From: an uncultured virus (IMG/VR IMGVR_UViG_3300005461_000009) | Taxonomy: Duplodnaviria > Heunggongvirae > Uroviricota > Caudoviricetes | Reading direction: 5' to 3' (one strand) | IMG/VR virus record: IMGVR_UViG_3300005461_000009 | Length of the DNA: 20,000 nucleotides | Shown here: positions 16,057 to 20,000 of the stretch, piece after piece | Numbering within the stretch: the stretch's first letter is position 1 | Layout of the letters: each line of letters begins with the position of its first letter | The notes under the pieces: generated by a model | What the model saw: the letters and a program-made list of their open reading frames with translations, nothing else | What the model was told of the DNA's origin: nothing | The model's database searches: none | Program-made: the position numbers and the translations under genes

Positions 16057-16152
16057 TTATTTGATTAGTTTTTTTGTGCTTATTTTACAAGTGTAAGTAC
16101 AATTATTCCTTTTACGTTTTTTAAGGTTTACACCTTTCTTTAAATTAATCAT
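16057..16152 (-). CDS. 31-aa basic ORF or gene remnant
   Basis: AAAGGAGG RBS; MINLKKGVNLKKRKRNNCTYTCKISTKKLIK. Confidence 0.35.
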   Translation of the reverse strand: MINLKKGVNLKKRKRNNCTYTCKISTKKLIK

Positions 16153-16186
16153 GTTGTCCTCCTTTCAAATTACAATTTCATCGGCT

Positions 16187-17836
16187 TTATGCCGTTTTCT
16201 CTTCCAGTAAATTCAGATTATTTCCATCAAACAAGTAATACTCTTTATTAGAAATAACTTTGCTATACTCTTTTTCTCCTTCAAACTCATTTACAACTGC
16301 TTTTTCTTCTGCTGTCATATCTTTATAATCCTTCTTTCCGTAGGAAGGTGGCAACCATCCTTTGTGCTGAGAACCAAATATATTAAATTTTTTCAGTAAC
16401 TCGTCATTGTTAAATACAATATGACATGTACCTTTTTTGTAGAATGTGACAGTAAAATACTTTAACTGTATATTCTTTGTCTCTCCGTATTCCTCTGCAA
16501 ACTTTAGGGATTCTTCCAGATCAACCGCTTCTGTTAGCCCTCCATCAAGATAGTTAAAACATTTTTCTATATCCTGTAATTTACTTACAACATCATGCCT
16601 TGACGGTCTGAATCCTCCCCATGAATAATTAAGGTCATAAAAACCATTTAAAGGAATAATCACTTTTTTATTGATTATCCATCCCTTGTTTGTTTTCCAT
16701 CCATTGTAATAGTGAATGTTTTTTGACGTTTCATCAAGCCAATGGTATTTATAACTTAATTCATCAAAAAGATCTATTATGGTATCCTCTATTCCTTTAA
16801 CAACTTTTTTCTGTATATCAATTTTTAACTGGTAGATATTATAAAGTGAAAAATCATAGTTACTTAATTCTTCCACTTTATTATAAAAATCTCTTTGCAG
16901 ATTATTTGTAAGCTGCCCTATAAATCTTTTATTTTCAAAAAGTGCATTCCAATATTTACTCCGCACCATTTTTATATATTCATTAACAGAAAGCCCATTT
17001 TTACTACAAGTCATGGAGATAATACAGCCGCCTTTTTGTATCGTTTCCCCTGTCTTTTCGTCTTTTCCAAACTGTGACAAAATAAACGGCTGCATTGCAT
17101 AATATTCTTTAATCAATTTTATTCCTGCTTCCACTTCTAACTGATATTGTTTTACAATAGCCTTGAAAAAATCACTATCAATTAGTTTTGTGCTTTCCTC
17201 TGCCTGAAATTCTTTTTGATCTTTTGCTTCTCTTAATCCTTCCAATATAAAAGATTCTCTTTGCACCTCTGGAAGCTGAACCTTTACAAGCGCAATTTCA
17301 ACCGCCGTTTTCCGTTCCGCATCCAGAAAAGCATTTTGTATAAACTCAATTTTTGCGTTATATTCTGTGAGTTTACGCTGTAAATACTGCCTATCATTTG
17401 TACATAGATTTTTTAAAGTTTCCGCATTGAGAAGACACACAACCGCACCGCCATTTCTTTGTTGCATTTCTAAAGCCTTTAAAAGATGTTTGCAACCGTT
17501 AGAAAAAGGCGGATTCATAATAATTAGATCGTATTCCTTCATCGTGTTATATGTAAGAAAATCATTATAAACAACACGGAAATTTTTCCCTTTAAGAATA
17601 TGCTGCAGATTCTGATCAGCTTCTATACAATCAATATCAAACTGATAGTATTGTTTGCCATAATATTTATTATGGTTTCCTTCTTTCTTCTTTAATGCCT
17701 CAACTATATCTCCCTTACCCGCCGATGGTTCCAAAATACTTTTTATCATTGTAAAATCTAAATCAAAAAGCATCTTGTCAATAATATTTTGTGGTGTAGG
17801 ATAAAACTCTTTTGGTAACATTATCATTTCCTCCAT
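16187..17836 (-). CDS. Class I SAM-dependent N6-adenine DNA methyltransferase with a DUF4942-like C-terminus
   Basis: EFYPTP, ILEPSAGKG (motif I), IIMNPPF (motif IV); C-terminal YFTVTFYKKGTCHIVF. Confidence 0.85.
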   Translation of the reverse strand: MEEMIMLPKEFYPTPQNIIDKMLFDLDFTMIKSILEPSAGKGDIVEALKKKEGNHNKYYGKQYYQFDIDCIEADQNLQHILKGKNFRVVYNDFLTYNTMKEYDLIIMNPPFSNGCKHLLKALEMQQRNGGAVVCLLNAETLKNLCTNDRQYLQRKLTEYNAKIEFIQNAFLDAERKTAVEIALVKVQLPEVQRESFILEGLREAKDQKEFQAEESTKLIDSDFFKAIVKQYQLEVEAGIKLIKEYYAMQPFILSQFGKDEKTGETIQKGGCIISMTCSKNGLSVNEYIKMVRSKYWNALFENKRFIGQLTNNLQRDFYNKVEELSNYDFSLYNIYQLKIDIQKKVVKGIEDTIIDLFDELSYKYHWLDETSKNIHYYNGWKTNKGWIINKKVIIPLNGFYDLNYSWGGFRPSRHDVVSKLQDIEKCFNYLDGGLTEAVDLEESLKFAEEYGETKNIQLKYFTVTFYKKGTCHIVFNNDELLKKFNIFGSQHKGWLPPSYGKKDYKDMTAEEKAVVNEFEGEKEYSKVISNKEYYLFDGNNLNLLEEKTA

Positions 17837-17869
17837 TTTATAAGGCGGTATATTTCAACCGTCTTTATA

Positions 17870-19555
17870 TTATCCTGTTTGTAATGCTTCCGTTGGATCA
17901 TATTTAAAAATAAAACCACGTTTAAAACTGCTATAATAGCCTTGTAGCGTTGCAAGTTTCCGCTTAACCTCCGCAAAGTCTGACTTGTTTAATTCCTTTT
18001 CAGGCTTCACAATCCAGATTTTCGCGTGTGTTTGCGTGTGCTGATCCTCTGTAATTGTATAGGAAATACTTGTTTTTTTCGCTTCTGGTTCTTCCTTTGT
18101 GCTTTGTGCTTCCTGTGCCGGTTCTGCCGTCTGTGTTGTTTCCGCTATAATTACGTTCAACTTCTCTGATGGATTTTCCTTGAATAAAAACGCATGTTTA
18201 AATTTTGAGTAATATCCGCCCAAAGATTTAATATACTTGTTTACGGTTATATACTCTTCACGGCTCAATTTTTCCGCAACCTTCACAAGATATATTTTTT
18301 CTCCTGTACGTGTGTCCGTGTCTTCTGATACTTCATATGCATAGGCGTTTACGTCTGTTTCCTCTGTCTGTGCCGTTTCCGTTGTGGTAGATGTCGTATT
18401 TTTCTTTTCTGCTTTAATAGTCTTTTTTACAACCTTTTCCACCTCATATGGCGTTTTTACCTCTTCAATATGACACCATGCAATAGAACCCTTTTCAATC
18501 CATTTTGTGAGGCATTCAGAATCACCACTACCAACAAACCAATAGTTATTACGGCTTGCGTTTCCTGTACATTCCTTTGTAAGTTTTCCATTTAGTTTAT
18601 AAGCATGAAAATGTTTCTGTCCGTTTCTCTCTGTTTCATGGATACGATATACAAGCCCTTTATAACATCCATAATTGAAATTAGATTTCAGAATGAAAAG
18701 CTGTCCCTCTTTAATGCTTCCAGTCGTATCTTCTACAACTTTATTTTCTTTTTTGTATTCTGTAACGGTTACTTTTTCATATACAGTTCCGTCACCTTCT
18801 CCAATTAAACCGCCACAAGTAGTATCAATTTTATTGATGAATGTCTCAAACTTATCTATCAGCTTGATATCTTCCTCTAAATCCTCAATATGTCTTTCTG
18901 TATTCTTTCTTGCGTCTTCCTCACTGTCATAATATCCACGGTTTACAAGGTCTTGTGTGTGCTTATCGGCATATGCTTTTTTGTCCTTCTTATATTCGTT
19001 CAACCATTCCATATCACGGTTATAATTGTAATATTTCCAGATATGGGCAAATTTCAAAATGCCGTTACCCTTTGCAATAATGATCCCATCTTTTTCAATA
19101 TGCCAATTCATTTTTGGAGGGTGTGCCATATGTCCGGGAACTGTACCAACAACAATATATTTACTTGCGTTTTCCGTTGTTTCTTCTGCTTTTTTCTGCA
19201 AACGTTCAATAGATAATTTTGCGCTTGCTTCTTCTGCTTCCGATGCTCCACGTTCAACGGTCATAGCTTCCAACTTTTTGATTTTTTCCGCTATGCTGCG
19301 ATCATATGTAAAACCAGAGTAATTATATTTTCTGATTTCCTGCGGTTCTGCTGCGCCGTAAACATCCACGCATAAGATATAACCATTCTTTTCTGCTACT
19401 CCATCCCAATGTGCCGGACTCCAATAATCTGTCATGCTGTCACTTTCATCTGGTGTATATCCATACACTTTCCAACCTTCCATGGACATAAGTTTGTGAG
19501 CGATCATAACCTTTACTTCTCTGTAATCATAGTAATTTGACATAATTTCCACCAT
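17870..19555 (-). CDS. Multidomain polyvalent-protein-like gene
   Basis: N-terminal DESDSMTDYW (LPD29-like), KIKKLEAM..RGASEAE helix (DUF2786-like) and two C-terminal repeats ending GYYS.FK..F.FK..P. Confidence 0.6.
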   Translation of the reverse strand: MVEIMSNYYDYREVKVMIAHKLMSMEGWKVYGYTPDESDSMTDYWSPAHWDGVAEKNGYILCVDVYGAAEPQEIRKYNYSGFTYDRSIAEKIKKLEAMTVERGASEAEEASAKLSIERLQKKAEETTENASKYIVVGTVPGHMAHPPKMNWHIEKDGIIIAKGNGILKFAHIWKYYNYNRDMEWLNEYKKDKKAYADKHTQDLVNRGYYDSEEDARKNTERHIEDLEEDIKLIDKFETFINKIDTTCGGLIGEGDGTVYEKVTVTEYKKENKVVEDTTGSIKEGQLFILKSNFNYGCYKGLVYRIHETERNGQKHFHAYKLNGKLTKECTGNASRNNYWFVGSGDSECLTKWIEKGSIAWCHIEEVKTPYEVEKVVKKTIKAEKKNTTSTTTETAQTEETDVNAYAYEVSEDTDTRTGEKIYLVKVAEKLSREEYITVNKYIKSLGGYYSKFKHAFLFKENPSEKLNVIIAETTQTAEPAQEAQSTKEEPEAKKTSISYTITEDQHTQTHAKIWIVKPEKELNKSDFAEVKRKLATLQGYYSSFKRGFIFKYDPTEALQTG

Positions 19556-19606
19556 TTAACCTTTCTTTGATTATCTATGTATCAATAACTATTTCTCTGT
19601 TAATTT

Positions 19607-19681
19607 CTTGTTACCCTCTGCATTTTACAGGCTTGGGACTGTCTGAAAGTTGATCAGGCTTTCAGGCTGCATTATAACAAG
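19607..19681 (-). ncRNA. Twister ribozyme (type P1)
   Basis: CUUGUUA-U^AAUGCAGC-[CUGAAAG/CUUUCAG]-ACAGUCCCAAGCCUGUAAA-AUGCAGAGGG-UAACAAG: P1 CUUGUUA/UAACAAG, conserved GUCCCAAGCC and GAGGG; predicted cleavage between 19674 and 19673. Confidence 0.9.
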
Positions 19682-19731
19682 CAAGGCAGACGGTTTTATT
19701 TTCCATCTGCCTTTAAATATCCCTTTTATTG

Positions 19732-19974
19732 TTAAAAATTTCTTAAAAATCCATTAGCCGAGTAATCATACAGTGTCCAATTAATCCACTCTAATGCTTC
19801 TGTGATTTCAAACGTTCCATCATATCCGGATGTATGGACTTCAAGAAAATGTTTTCCATTTTTGACATGTTTCTTAAGTTGCAAAAACATTCCATCATCA
19901 AAGCGCAATTCCAACGTTTTAGTTGTTGCTTTGAGGAATTTATTAATTTTTTCAATAGCTTTATTCATGACCAT
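19732..19974 (-). CDS. Hypothetical protein
   Basis: 80-aa ORF flanked by palindromes at 19713 and 19982. Confidence 0.7.
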   Translation of the reverse strand: MVMNKAIEKINKFLKATTKTLELRFDDGMFLQLKKHVKNGKHFLEVHTSGYDGTFEITEALEWINWTLYDYSANGFLRNF

Positions 19975-20000
19975 TTTCCTTTCAAATAATTGTTTTATTG

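Larger units (their letters stand above)
1243..19997. repeat. Dispersed 16-bp junction palindrome T(G/A)AAA-N6-(T/A)TT(C/T)A, about 18 copies
   Basis: N6 copies start at 1243, 1623, 2359, 4328, 7496, 7875, 8078, 9487, 10082, 10446, 10640, 12401, 14734, 15607, 16165, 19713 and 19982; an N5 variant at 13770; weaker ones near 4990, 7109, 9161 and 10689. All lie at gene junctions. Confidence 0.85.
1..20000 (-). mobile_element. Early/accessory region of a large Firmicutes phage or prophage (element ends not in window)
   Basis: Dense co-oriented short hypothetical genes with GGAGG RBSs; tyrosine recombinase, MTase, P22 gp17-like gene and self-cleaving ribozymes; no housekeeping genes. An ICE or plasmid leading region cannot be excluded. 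Confidence 0.75.

Noticed and set aside
38..19322. Plus-strand ORFs in the track (e.g. 2289..2657, 4976..5353, 11610..11915, 18890..19216)
   Set aside because: Antisense shadows of minus-strand genes, with no convincing RBS or recognisable motifs.
1243..19997. Junction palindrome as a CRISPR repeat, CcpA cre site or classical attC
   Set aside because: Spacing is irregular and gene-sized with no cas genes; cre is 14 bp with a central CG; no GTTRRRY/RYYYAAC boxes or long attC hairpin, and no obvious IntI-specific insertion in the recombinase.

Overview
AT-rich region of a large Firmicutes (Clostridia/Lachnospiraceae-like) phage or prophage. About 45 mostly short genes all lie on the minus strand with strong Firmicutes-type RBSs; no structural or replication genes are present, so this looks like an early/accessory region. 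Recognisable products: an intact tyrosine recombinase, a YefM-YoeB toxin-antitoxin operon with its own promoter, operator and terminator, an HNH protein, two DUF262 (GmrSD N-terminal/ParB-like) paralogues, a DGQ-R ParB-like protein, an N6-adenine methyltransferase (DUF4942 type), a polyvalent-protein-like gene and a P22 gp17-like protein. The most striking signal is a degenerate 16-bp palindrome, T(G/A)AAA-N6-(T/A)TT(C/T)A, with a different spacer in every copy. It occurs at about 18 gene junctions, at or just after the upstream stop codon and mostly just before the next RBS. It divides the region into cassette-like units around a tyrosine recombinase, suggesting a possible integron/pdif-like cassette system (inference). 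Also present: a twister ribozyme, a type II hammerhead with a C3G core change, a two-copy covarying hairpin I cannot assign to a family, a 17-aa hydrophobic peptide gene and several disrupted small genes. All family calls come from manual motif recognition; no database searches were run.
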